From Pristiophorus japonicus (taxonomy: Eukaryota), in NCBI RefSeq assembly GCF_044704955.1, contig NC_091995.1:53878001-53942000 (forward strand): 64,000 nucleotides of DNA, read 5' to 3'. Of the stretch, positions 15,001 through 27,767 are shown one piece after another. The position numbers were made by a program, and so were the translations under genes. Under the pieces are notes generated by a model that saw nothing but the letters and a program-made list of their open reading frames with translations, did not search any database and was not told the origin of the DNA. Position 1 is the stretch's first letter. Every line of letters begins with the position of its first letter.

Positions 15001-18000
15001 CTCTGTCCTGTGACAGTTTGAACTGGTGCTCTCCACTCTCTGTCCTGTGACAGTTAGAACTGCTGCTCTCCACTCTCTGTCCTGTGACAGTTTGAACTGG
15101 TGCTCTCCACTGTCTGTCCTGTGACAGTTGGAACTGGTGCTCTCCACTCTCTGTCCTGAGACAGTTGGACCTGGTGCTCTCCACTCTCTGTCCTGTGACA
15201 TTTTGAACTGGTGCTCTCCACTCTCTGTCCTGTGACAGTTTGAACTGGTGCTCTCCACTCTCTGTCCTGTGACAGTGTGAACTGGTGCTCTCCACTCTCT
15301 GACATGCGACAGTGTGAACTGGTGCTCTCCACTCTCTGTCCTGTGACAGTTTGAACTGGTGCTCTCCACTCTCTGTCCTGTGACAGTTTGAACTGGTGCT
15401 CTCCACTCTCTGTCCTGTGACAGTTTGAACTGGTGCTCTCCACTCTCCCGTCCTGTGACAGTTTGAACTGGTGCTCTCCACTCTCTGTCCTGTGACAGTT
15501 GGAACTGGTGCTCTCCATCTCTCTCCTGTGACAGTTTGAACTGGTGCTCTCCACTCTCTGTCCTGCGACAGTTTGAACTGGTGCTCTCCACTCTCCCGTC
15601 CTGTGACAGTTTGAACTGGTGCTCTCCACTCTCTGTCCTGTGACAGTTAGAACTGGTGCTCTCCACTCTCTGTCCTGTGACAGTTTGAACTGGTGCTCTC
15701 CACTCTCTGTCCTGTGACAGTTTGAACTGGTGCTCTCCACTCTCTGTCCTGTGACAGTTGGAACTGGTGCTCTCCATCTCTCTCCTGTGACAGTTTGAAC
15801 TGGTGCTCCCCACTCTCTGTCCTGTGACAGTTTGAACTGGTGCTCTCCACTCTCTGTCCTGTGACAGTTTGAACTGGTGCTCTCCACTCTCTGTCCTGTG
15901 ACAGTTTGAACTGGTGTTCTCCACTCTATGTCCTTTGACAGTTTGAACTGGTGCTCTCCACTCTCTGTCCTGTGATAGTTTGAACTGGTGCTCTCCACTC
16001 TCTGTCCTGTGACAGTTTGAACTGGTGTTCTCCACTCTATGTCCTGTGACAGTTTGAACTGGTGCTCTCCACTCTCTGTCCTGTGACAGTGTGAACTGGT
16101 GCTCTCCACTCTCTGTCCTGTGACAGTGTGAACTGGTGCTCTCCACTCTCCCGTCCTGTGACAGTTTGAACTGGTGCTCCCCACTCTCCCGTCCTGTGAC
16201 AGTTTGAACTGGTGCTCTCCACTCTCTGTCCTGTGACAGTTTGAACTGGTGCTCTCCACTCTCTGTCCTGTGACAGTTGGAACTGGTGCTCTCCATCTCT
16301 CTCCTGTGACAGTTTGAACTGGTGCTCTCCACTCTCTGTCCTGTGACAGTTTGAACTGGTGCTCTCCACTCTCTGTCCTGTGACAGTTTGAACTGGTGCT
16401 CTCCACTCTCCCGTCCTGTGACAGTTTGAACTGATGCTCTCCACTCTCGGTCCTGTGACAGTTTGAACTGGTGCTCTCCACTCTCCCGTCCTGTGACAGT
16501 TTGAACTGGTGCTCTCCACTCTCTGTCCTGTGACAGTTTGAACTGGTGTTCCCCACTCTCTGTCCTGTGACAGTTTGAACTGATGCTCTCCACTCTCTGT
16601 CCTGTGACAGTGTGAACTGGTGCTCTCCACTCTCTGTCCTGTGACAGTTTGAACTGGTGCTCTCCACTCTCTGTCCTGTGACAGTTTGAACTGGTGCTGT
16701 CCACTCTCTGTCCTGTGACAGTTTGAACTGGTGCTCTCCACTCTCCCGTCCTGTGACAGTTTGAACTGGTGCTCTCCACTCTCTGTCCTGTGACAGTGGG
16801 AACTGGTGCTCTCCACTCTCTGTCCTGTGACAGTTGGAACTGGTGCTCTCCACTCTCTGTCCTGTGACAGTTTGAACTGGTGCTCTCCACTCTCTGTCCT
16901 GTGACAGTTGGAACTGGTGCTCTCCACTCTCCCGTCCTGTGACAGTGTGAACTGGTGCTCTCACTCTCTGTCCTGTGACAGTTTGAACTGGTGCTCTCCA
17001 CTCTCTGTCCTGTGACAGTTTGAACTGGTGCTCTCCACTCTCTGTCCTGTGACAGTGTGAACTGGTGCTCTCCACTCTCTGTCCTGTGACAGTTTGAACT
17101 GGTGCTCTCCACTCTCCCGTCCTGTGACAGTTTGAACTGGTGCTCTCCACTCTCCCGTCCTGTGACAGTTTGAACTGGTGCTCTCCACTCTCTGTCCTGT
17201 GACAGTTGGAACTGGTGCTCTCCACTCTCTGTCCTGTGACAGTTGGAACTGGTGCGCTCCATCTCTCTCCTGTGACAGTTTGAACTGGTGCTCTCCACTC
17301 TCTGTCCTGTGACAGTTTGAACTGGTGCTCTCCACTCTCTCTCCTGTGATAGTTTGAACTGGTGTTCTCCACTCTCCCGTCCTGTGACAGTTTGAACTGG
17401 TGCTCTCCACTCTCTGTCCTGTGACAGTTTGAACTGGTGCTCTCCACTCTCTGTCCTGTGACAGTTTGAACTGGTGCTCTCCACTCTCTCTCCTGTGATA
17501 GTTTGAACTGGTGCTCTCCACTCTCTGTCCTGTGACAGTTTGAACTGGTGCTCTCCACTCTCTCTCCTGTGACAGTTGGAACTGGTGCTCTCCACTCTCT
17601 GTCCTGTGACAGTTTGAACTGGTGCTCTCCACTCTCTGTCCTGTGACAGTTTGAACTGGTGCTCTCCACTCTCTGTCCTGTGACAGTTTGAACTGGTGCT
17701 CTCCACTCTCTCTCCTGTGACAGTTGGAACTGGTGCTCTCCATCTCTCTGTCCTGTGATAGTTTGAACTGGTGCTCTCCACTCTCGGTCCTGTGACAGTT
17801 TGAACTGGTGCTCTCCACTCTCTGTCCTGTGATAGTTTGAACTGGTGCTCTCCACTCTCTGTCCTGTGACAGTTTGAACTGGTGCTCTCCACTCTCTCTC
17901 CTGTGACAGTTGGAACTGGTGCTCTCCACTCTCTGTCCTGTGACAGTTTGAACTGGTGCTCTCCACTCTCTGTCCTGTGACAGTTTGAACTGGTGCTCTC

Positions 18001-21000
18001 CACTCTCTGTCCTGTGACAGTTTGAACTGGTGCTCTCCACTCTCTGTCCTGTGACAGTTGGAACTGGTGCTCTCCACTCTCCCGTCCTGTGACAGTTGGA
18101 ACTGGTGCTCTCCACTCTCTGTCCTGTGACAGTTAGAACTGGTGCTCTCCACTCTCTGTCCTGTGACAGTTGGAACTGGTGCTCTCCACTCTCTGTCCTG
18201 TGACAGTTTGAACTGGTGCTCTCCACTCTCTGTCCTGTGACAGTTAGAACTGCTGCTCTCCACTCTCTGTCCTGTGACAGTTTGAACTGGTGCTCTCCAC
18301 TGTCTGTCCTGTGACAGTTGGAACTGGTGCTCTCCACTCTCTGTCCTGAGACAGTTGGAACTGGTGCTCTCCACTCTCCCGTCCTGTGACAGTTTGAACT
18401 GGTGCTCTCCACTCTCCCATCCTGTGACAGTTGGAACTGGTGCTCTCCACTCTCCCGTCCTGTGACAGTTTGAACTGGTGCTCTCCACTCTCTGTCCTGT
18501 GACAGTTTGAACTGGTGCTCTCCACTCTCTGTCCTGTGACAATTTGAACTGGTGCTCTCCACTCTCTCTCCTGTGACAGTTTGAACTGGTGCTCTCCACT
18601 CTCTGTCCTGTGACAGTGTGAACTGGTGCTCTCCACTCTCTGTCCTGTGACAGTGTGAACTGGTGCTCTCCACTCTCCCGTCCTGTGACAGTTTGAACTG
18701 GTGCTCCCCACTCTCCCGTCCTGTGACAGTTTGAACTGGTGCTCTCCACTCTCTGTCCTGTGACAGTTTGAACTGGTGCTCTCCACTCTCTGTCCTGTGA
18801 CAGTTGGAACTGGTGCTCTCCATCTCTCTCCTGTGACAGTTTGAACTGGTGCTCTCCACTCTCTGTCCTGTGACAGTTTGAACTGGTGCTCTCCACTCTC
18901 TGTCCTGTGACAGTTTGAACTGGTGCTCTTCACTCTCCCGTCCTGTGACAGTTTGAACTGATGCTCTCCACTCTCGGTCCTGTGACAGTTTGAACTGGTG
19001 CTCTCCACTCTCCCGTCCTGTGACAGTTTGAACTGGTGCTCTCCACTCTCTGTCCTGTGACAGTTTGAACTGGTGCTATCCACGCTCTGTCCTGTGACAG
19101 TTGGAACTGGTGCTCTCCACTCTCCCGTCCTGTGACAGTGTGAACTGGTGCTCTCCACTCTCTGTCCTGTGACAGTTTGAACTGGTGCTCTCCACTCTCT
19201 GTCCTGTGACAGTGTGAACTGGTGCTCTCCACTCTCTGACATGCGACAGTGTGAACTGGTGCTCTCCACTCTCTGTCCTGTGACAGTTTGAACTGGTGCT
19301 CTCCACTCTCTGTCCTGTGACAGTTTGAACTGGTGCTCTCCACTCTCTGTCCTGTGACAGTTTGAACTGGTGCTCTCCACTCTCCCGTCCTGTGACAGTT
19401 TGAACTGGTGCTCTCCACTCTCTGTCCTGTGACAGTTGGAACTGGTGCTCTCCACTCTCTGTCCTGTGACAGTTGGAACTGGTGCTCTCCATCTCTCTCC
19501 TGTGACAGTTTGAACTGGTGCTCTCCACTCTCTGTCCTGCGACAGTTTGAACTGGTGCTCTCCACTCTCCCGTCCTGTGACAGTTTGAACTGGTGCTCTC
19601 CACTCTCTGTCCTGTGACAGTTAGAACTGGTGCTCTCCACTCTCTGTCCTGTGACAGTTTGAACTGGTGCTCTCCACTCTCTGTCCTGTGACAGTTTGAA
19701 CTGGTGCTCTCCACTCTCTGTCCTGTGACAGTTGGAACTGGTGCTCTCCATCTCTCTCCTGTGACAGTTTGAACTGGTGCTCCCCACTCTCTGTCCTGTG
19801 ACAGTTTGAACTGGTGCTCTCCACTCTCTGTCCTGTGACAGTTTGAACTGGTGCTCTCCACTCTCTGTCCTGTGACAGTTTGAACTGGTGTTCTCCACTC
19901 TATGTCCTGTGACAGTTTGAACTGGTGCTCTCCACTCTCTGTCCTGTGACAGTTTGAACTGGTGCTCTCCACTCTCTGTCCTGTGACAGTTTGAACTGGT
20001 GTTCTCCACTCTATGTCCTGTGACAGTTTGAACTGGTGCTCTCCACTCTCTGTCCTGTGACAGTGTGAACTGGTGCTCTCCACTCTCTGTCCTGTGACAG
20101 TGTGAACTGGTGCTCTCCACTCTCCCGTCCTGTGACAGTTTGAACTGGTGCTCCCCACTCTCCCGTCCTGTGACAGTTTGAACTGGTGCTCTCCACTCTC
20201 TGTCCTGTGACAGTTTGAACTGATGCTCTCCACTCTCTGTCCTGTGACAGTGTGAACTGGTGCTCTCCACTCTCTGTCCTGTGACAGTTGGAACTGGTAC
20301 TCTCCACTCTCTGTCCTGCGACAGTGTGAACTGGTGCTCTCCACTCTCTGTCCTGTGACAGTTTGAAATGGTGCTCTCCACTCTCTGTCCTGTGACAGTT
20401 TGAACTGGTGCTGTCCACTCTCTGTCCTGTGACAGTTTGAACTGGTGCTCTCCACTCTCCCGTCCTGTGACAGTTTGAACTGGTGCTCTCCACTCTCTGT
20501 CCTGTGACAGTGGGAACTGGTGCTCTCCACTCTCTGTCCTGTGACAGTTTGAACTGGTGCTCTCCACTCTCTGTCCTGTGACAGTTTGAACTGGTGCTCT
20601 CCACTCTCTGTCCTGTGACAGTTGGAACTGGTGCTCTCCACTCTCCCGTCCTGTGACAGTGTGAACTGGTGCTCTCCACTCTCTGTCCTGTGACAGTTTG
20701 AACTGGTGCTCTCCACTCTCTGTCCTGTGACAGTTTGAACTGGTGCTCTCCACTCTCTGTCCTGTGACAGTGTGAACTGGTGCTCTCCACTCTCTGTCCT
20801 GTGACAGTTTGAACTGGTGCTCTCCACTCTCCCGTCCTGTGACAGTTTGAACTGGTGCTCTCCACTCTCCCGTCCTGTGACAGTTTGAACTGGTGCTCTC
20901 CACTCTCTGTCCTGTGACAGTTGGAACTGGTGCTCTCCACTCTCTGTCCTGTGACAGTTGGAACTGGTGCTCTCCATCTCTCTCCTGTGACAGTTTGAAC

Positions 21001-24000
21001 TGGTGCTCTCCACTCTCTGTCCTGCGACAGTTTGAACTGGTGCTCTCCACTCTCCCGTCCTGTGATAGTTTGAACTGGTGCTCTCCACTCTCTGTCCTGT
21101 GACAGTTTGAACTGGTGCTCTCCACACTCTGTCCTGTGACAGTTGGAACTGGTGCTCTCCACTCTCTGTCCTGTGACAGTTTGAACTTGTGCTCTCCACT
21201 CTCTGTCCTGTGACAGTTTGAACTGGTGCTCTCCACTCTCTGTCCTGTGACAGTTTGAACTGGTGCTCTCCACTCTCTGTCCTGTGACAGTTTGAACTGG
21301 TGCTCTCCACTCTCCCGTCCTGTGACAGTGGGAACTGGTGCTCTCCACTCTCTGTCCTGTGACAGTTGGAACTGGTGCTCTCCACTCTCTGTCCTGTGAC
21401 AGTTGGAACTGGTGCTCTCCATCTCTCTGTCCTGTGACAGTTTGAACTGGTGCTCTCCACTCTCTGTCCTGTGACAGTTGGAACTGGTGCTCTCCACTCT
21501 CCCGTCCTGTGACAGTGTGAACTGGTGCTCTCCACTCTCTGTCCTGTGACAGTTTGAACTGGTGCTCTCCACTCTCTGTCCTGTGACAGTTTGAACTGGT
21601 GCTCTCCACTCTCTGTCCTGTGACAGTGTGAACTGGTGCTCTCCACTCTCTGTCCTGTGACAGTTTGAACTGGTGCTCTCCACTCTCCCGTCCTGTGACA
21701 GTTTGAACTGGTGCTCTCCACTCTCCCGTCCTGTGACAGTTTGAACTGGTGCTCTCCACTCTCTGTCCTGTGACAGTTGGAACTGGTGCTCTCCACTCTC
21801 TGTCCTGTGACAGTTGGAACTGGTGCTCTCCACTCTCTGTCCTGTGACAGTTTGAACTGGTGCTCTCCACTCTCCCGTCCTGTGACAGTTTGAACTGGTG
21901 CTCTCCACTCTCTGTCCTGTGACAGTTGGAACTGGTGCTCTCCACTCTCTGTCCTGTGACAGTTGGAACTGGTGCTCTCCACTCTCTGTCCTGTGACAGT
22001 TTGAACTGGTGCTCTCCACTCTCTGTCCTGTGACAGTTTGAACTGGTGCTCTCCACTCTCTGTCCTGTGACAGTTGGAACTGGTGCTCTCCATCTCTCTC
22101 CTGTGACAGTTTGAACTGGTGCTCCCCACTCTCTGTCCTGTGACAGTTTGAACTGGTGCTCTCCACTCTCTGTCCTGTGACAGTTTGAACTGGTGCTCTC
22201 CACTCTCTGTCCTGTGACAGTTTGAACTGGTGTTCTCCACTCTATGTCCTGTGACAGTTTGAACTGGTGCTCTCCACTCTCTGTCCTGTGACAGTTTGAA
22301 CTGGTGCTCTCCACTCTCTGTCCTGTGACAGTTTGAACTGGTGTTCTCCACTCTATGTCCTGTGACAGTTTGAACTGGTGCTCTCCACTCTCTGTCCTGT
22401 GACAGTGTGAACTGGTGCTCTCCACTCTCTGTCCTGTGACAGTGTGAACTGGTGCTCTCCACTCTCCCGTCCTGTGACAGTTTGAACTGGTGCTCCCCAC
22501 TCTCCCGTCCTGTGACAGTTTGAACTGGTGCTCTCCACTCTCTGTCCTGTGACAGTTTGAACTGATGCTCTCCACTCTCTGTCCTGTGACAGTGTGAACT
22601 GGTGCTCTCCACTCTCTGTCCTGTGACAGTTGGAACTGGTACTCTCCACTCTCTGTCCTGCGACAGTGTGAACTGGTGCTCTCCACTCTCTGTCCTGTGA
22701 CAGTTTGAAATGGTGCTCTCCACTCTCTGTCCTGTGACAGTTTGAACTGGTGCTGTCCACTCTCTGTCCTGTGACAGTTTGAACTGGTGCTCTCCACTCT
22801 CCCGTCCTGTGACAGTTTGAACTGGTGCTCTCCACTCTCTGTCCTGTGACAGTGGGAACTGGTGCTCTCCACTCTCTGTCCTGTGACAGTTTGAACTGGT
22901 GCTCTCCACTCTCTGTCCTGTGACAGTTTGAACTGGTGCTCTCCACTCTCTGTCCTGTGACAGTTGGAACTGGTGCTCTCCACTCTCCCGTCCTGTGACA
23001 GTGTGAACTGGTGCTCTCCACTCTCTGTCCTGTGACAGTTTGAACTGGTGCTCTCCACTCTCTGTCCTGTGACAGTTTGAACTGGTGCTCTCCACTCTCT
23101 GTCCTGTGACAGTGTGAACTGGTGCTCTCCACTCTCTGTCCTGTGACAGTTTGAACTGGTGCTCTCCACTCTCCCGTCCTGTGACAGTTTGAACTGGTGC
23201 TCTCCACTCTCCCGTCCTGTGACAGTTTGAACTGGTGCTCTCCACTCTCTGTCCTGTGACAGTTGGAACTGGTGCTCTCCACTCTCTGTCCTGTGACAGT
23301 TGGAACTGGTGCTCTCCATCTCTCTCCTGTGACAGTTTGAACTGGTGCTCTCCACTCTCTGTCCTGCGACAGTTTGAACTGGTGCTCTCCACTCTCCCGT
23401 CCTGTGATAGTTTGAACTGGTGCTCTCCACTCTCTGTCCTGTGACAGTTTGAACTGGTGCTCTCCACACTCTGTCCTGTGACAGTTGGAACTGGTGCTCT
23501 CCACTCTCTGTCCTGTGACAGTTTGAACTTGTGCTCTCCACTCTCTGTCCTGTGACAGTTTGAACTGGTGCTCTCCACTCTCTGTCCTGTGACAGTTTGA
23601 ACTGGTGCTCTCCACTCTCTGTCCTGTGACAGTTTGAACTGGTGCTCTCCACTCTCCCGTCCTGTGACAGTGGGAACTGGTGCTCTCCACTCTCTGTCCT
23701 GTGACAGTTGGAACTGGTGCTCTCCACTCTCTGTCCTGTGACAGTTGGAACTGGTGCTCTCCATCTCTCTGTCCTGTGACAGTTTGAACTGGTGCTCTCC
23801 ACTCTCTGTCCTGTGACAGTTGGAACTGGTGCTCTCCACTCTCCCGTCCTGTGACAGTGTGAACTGGTGCTCTCCACTCTCTGTCCTGTGACAGTTTGAA
23901 CTGGTGCTCTCCACTCTCTGTCCTGTGACAGTTTGAACTGGTGCTCTCCACTCTCTGTCCTGTGACAGTGTGAACTGGTGCTCTCCACTCTCTGTCCTGT

Positions 24001-25668
24001 GACAGTTTGAACTGGTGCTCTCCACTCTCCCGTCCTGTGACAGTTTGAACTGGTGCTCTCCACTCTCCCGTCCTGTGACAGTTTGAACTGGTGCTCTCCA
24101 CTCTCTGTCCTGTGACAGTTGGAACTGGTGCTCTCCACTCTCTGTCCTGTGACAGTTGGAACTGGTGCTCTCCACTCTCTGTCCTGTGACAGTTTGAACT
24201 GGTGCTCTCCACTCTCCCGTCCTGTGACAGTTTGAACTGGTGCTCTCCACTCTCTGTCCTGTGACAGTTGGAACTGGTGCTCTCCACTCTCTGTCCTGTG
24301 ACAGTTGGAACTGGTGCTCTCCACTCTCCCGTCCTGTGACAGTTTGAACTGGTGCTCTCCACTCTCTGTCCTGTGACAGTTTGAACTGGTGCTCTCCACT
24401 CTCTGTCCTGTGACAGTTTGAACTGGTGCTCTCCATCTCTCTCCTGTGACAGTTTGAACTGGTACTCTCCACTCTCTGTCCTGCGACAGTTTGAACTGGT
24501 GCTCTCCACTCTCCCGTCCTGTGATAGTTTGAACTGGTGCTCTCCACTCTCTGTCCTGTGACAGTTTGAACTGGTGCTCTCCACACTCTGTCCTGTGACA
24601 GTTGGAACTGGTGCTCTCCACTCTCTGTCCTGTGACAGTTTGAACTTGTGCTCTCCACTCTCTGTCCTGTGACAGTTTGAACTGGTGCTCTCCACTCTCT
24701 GTCCTGTGACAGTTTGAACTGGTGCTCTCCACTCTCTGTCCTGTGACAGTTTGAACTGGTGCTCTCCACTCTCCCGTCCTGTGACAGTGGGAACTGGTGC
24801 TCTCCACTCTCTGTCCTGTGACATTTGGAACTGGTGCTCTCCATCTCTCTCCTGTGACAGTTTGAACTGGTGCTCCCCACTCTCTGTCCTGTGACAGTTT
24901 GAACTGGTGCTCTCCACTCTCTGTCCTGTGACAGTTTGAACTGGTGCTCTCCACTCTCTGTCCTGTGACAGTTTGAACTGGTGTTCTCCACTCTATGTCC
25001 TGTGACAGTTTGAACTGGTGCTCTCCACTCTCTGTCCTGTGACAGTTTGAACTGGTGCTCTCCACTCTCTGTCCTGTGACAGTTTGAACTGGTGTTCTCC
25101 ACTCTATGTCCTGTGACAGTTTGAACTGGTGCTCTCCACTCTCTGTCCTGTGACAGTTTGAACTGGTGTTCTCCACTCTCTGTCCTGTGACAGTTTGAAC
25201 TGGTGTTCTCCACTCTATGTCCTGTGACAGTTTGAACTGGTGCTCTCCACTCTCTGTCCTGTGACAGTTTGAACTGGTGCTCTCCACTCTCTCTCCTGTG
25301 ACAGTTTGAACTGGTGCTCTCCACTCTCTGTCCTGTGACAGTTTGAACTGGTGCTCTCCACTCTCTGTCCTGTGACAGTTGGAACTGGTCCTCTCCACTC
25401 TCTGTCCTGTGACAGTTTGAACTGGTGCTCTCCACTCTCTGTCCTGTGACAGTTTGAACTGGTGCTCTCCACTCTCTGTCCTGTGACAGTTTGAACTGGT
25501 GCTCTCCACTCTCTGTCCTGTAACAGTTTGAACTGGTGCTCTCCACTCTCTGTCCTGTGACAGTTTGAACTGGTGTTCTCCACTCTATGTCCTGTGACAG
25601 TTTGAACTGGTGCTCTCCACTCTCTGTCCTGTGACAGTTGGAACTGGTGCTCTCCACTCTCCCGTCCT
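1..25668. repeat. 37-bp tandem satellite array (~695 monomers visible, continues beyond left edge) with higher-order duplications
   Basis: Consensus ACTCTCTGTCCTGTGACAGTTTGAACTGGTGCTCTCC repeats head-to-tail without spacers, with recurrent point variants and occasional 35/36-bp monomers. It ends abruptly at ...CCCGTCC|TTGGAAGG. Confidence 0.99.
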
Positions 25669-25720
25669 TGGAAGGTTTTACTCCGTTAAAGACGCTATAT
25701 AAATACAAGTTATTGTTGTT
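25666..25720 (+). mobile_element. 3' tail of an L2-type LINE/SINE abutting the satellite
   Basis: TTAAAGACGCTATATAAATACAAGTTATTGTTGTT matches the tail of the SINE at 44169-44585 (AAAGGCGCTATATAAATGCAAGT) and ends in a (TTG)n tail. Confidence 0.7.
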
Positions 25721-26186
25721 TAGTTCCTCTCCTTGATTTATTTTAATTTTCCTCGTATCTCCTATTAGGGGTATGTACAGGTCTTGTATTCTACCAAATA
25801 CTGTTTTTGAACACCTCCCACTTTGATCTGTAGTTTTATCGATTTATCGTTCTGCCCAGTCTATTGTGGTCAATTCCTGCCTCATCCCTCCAATGTCAAC
25901 CTTACCTAGATTTAAAACCTTGGTTCGTGACTCACCCTTTCCCTCTCAAACCTAATATCGAATTCAATCATATTATGGTCACTGTTCGCTCGATGTTCCC
26001 ACACCGTTAGATCATTGACTGATTCAGGCTCATTACTCATCACTAAATCTAAGATGGTCGGTTCTCTTCTTGGTTCGGGACCATATTGTTCTAGAAAACT
26101 GTCCCGAATACACTCAAGAAATTTGCTGCCTTTGCGACTCCAAAGACTCTGTGCTTTTGCAGCAATATCTCTGATCTCCATGTTTA

Positions 26187-26865
26187 TATCATCATAGGCG
26201 GTCCCTCGAAGCGAGGATGACTTACTTCCATGCCAAAAAGGGATGAGTTCACAGGTGTTTCAATGAAGGACCTAATATTCCAGATCCTGAACTACATCGT
26301 GAAGGGTGGAAGGTGCCTGTACTTGGATTTTTTTAACGTGTGGTGGCCGTTGCACACCAGCCACCACACGGGCTTGACAGAGCGAGGTCTTGGTCCAGTG
26401 ACAAGGGTTACCCAAGACTAGTGGAGACCAGCTCTGCTGCACAGACCGAGCATGCACACCTATCGCAGTGTGGGCTGGGCCCGTGCTGCCCCTGCGCCCT
26501 CGCCTCTTCTGAGCCCCAAACTCACACCTTTCCTGGGCCCCGGTCACTTCCATCTCCAAACTCTTGCCGATCCTTCGCCCCTCCTGCTGTGCCTGCCTGC
26601 ACTGCAATCAGCGACTTGGCTTCACAGTCATTGCCCTCCTGCAGCAGTACGTGATGTTCCCTGCAGTGACATGCCGCTGCACGCTGTTCCTTCCAATGGC
26701 CTCGGCCTGCTGATGGTCTTGCAGGCCGGGACCACACTGATTTCTGGGCCGGCCCGCCGCACACGGCTCCCTCCATTGACCCCGGCCTGCTGATGGTCTT
26801 GCAGGCTGGGACCACATCGATTTCCGGGCCGGGCCGCTACACGCTGTTCCCTCCAATGGCCCCAA
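26187..26865 (-). mobile_element. Non-autonomous retroposon with (GAT)n tail (RTE-related family, by recall), containing an internal ~85-bp tandem duplication
   Basis: On + it starts with ATCATCATAGGCGGTCCC, i.e. a (GAT)n tail on -. A second family member lies in the opposite orientation at ~28700-28862. The block CACGCTGTTCC..GGCCTGCTGATGGTCTTGCAGGC..GGGACCACA repeats ~2.3 times at 26680-26865. Confidence 0.6.
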
Positions 26866-27004
26866 TATCCTGCTACTTTATCACTGCTATCACTGCTGTA
26901 GAAAACTCCCACCAAAGTCTTACATCCTTTTCTATTTCTCAGTTCTACCCATAGCGTTTCTACTGCCTGCTCACCCTGAGTGATATCTAATGCTGTAACA
27001 ATGA

Positions 27005-27767
27005 GGTAGCAATCCCGGCCTCCCCCGGGTCCATACGGAGTGTGTACAGACCCGGGAAGGCATCGCAAAAGCCGGTTTTCAGCCCACGATGCACATGTGC
27101 TGAAAACCGGCTTTCCCGATGTATCAACCTGGAACTTGACAGATCTTCTATATCTCGGGAACGAGGACATTTGCAAGGGCAAGATTGCGGGATTTACCCA
27201 TATCTTGCCCAGCAAATGTCCTCAAAACTCTTGCGCCTGATAAAAGCAGGTGCATAGTCTACTTTTACAAGCGTAAGAGTTTTAAAACACACTTAAAACA
27301 TAAAAAATAACATTTAAAAAACACATTTAATTTTAAAACCCTGCCCACTACATTAAATTTATTTTAAACCATAATTTTTTTAACTTTTTAAAAACACGGA
27401 TTTTTTTTTTCTCAGATATTTATTAACTTTCATTTCAATTCATTTTAATTATGTGAGGTGTGTTTTTAATTTTTTATTGGTGTTATTGTGTTTGGGATTT
27501 TTTGTTCTCAGTAGCAGTGAGAACTCTTAGATACAGAGTTCCAATTGCTATTAATTGAGAATACTTTACCTGATTGGTTGAGCAGTCACATGTGACTGCA
27601 CCTTCTGTGTCCGTACCTCGAGGATGGGAGTGCGCTTCGCAGCACGGGAAGAGAAGGCCTCCCCACCGGAATCGAAGGGGTCTCCGGGACCACCAGGTAC
27701 TTCCGGAAAATTTCTCCGGTCGGAGGCGTGAGTCCGAAAGAAGCCTCCGACCGGAATTTCAAGGCCA
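27005..27767. mobile_element. Non-autonomous DNA transposon (MITE-like, probably Harbinger-type) inserted in CR1
   Basis: GC-rich arms with internal palindromes (AAAAGCCGGTTTTC / GAAAACCGGCTTT; CCGGAAAATTTCTCCGG) surround an AT-rich core, and the right end is GGAATTTCAAGGCC. CR1 sequence resumes on both sides. Confidence 0.5.

Noticed and set aside
8048-23444. Five identical 69-aa plus-strand ORFs
   Set aside because: They arise where variant monomers remove a TGA; they mark the higher-order duplications rather than genes.
1-25668. CRISPR array (37-bp repeat length)
   Set aside because: No unique spacers between repeats, no cas genes, and a vertebrate context.
815-25708. Giant minus-strand ORFs (up to 2365 aa) as protein-coding genes
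   Set aside because: They are translations of a 37-bp non-triplet satellite, open in all three frames with the same peptide, mostly with non-ATG starts and no unique domain.
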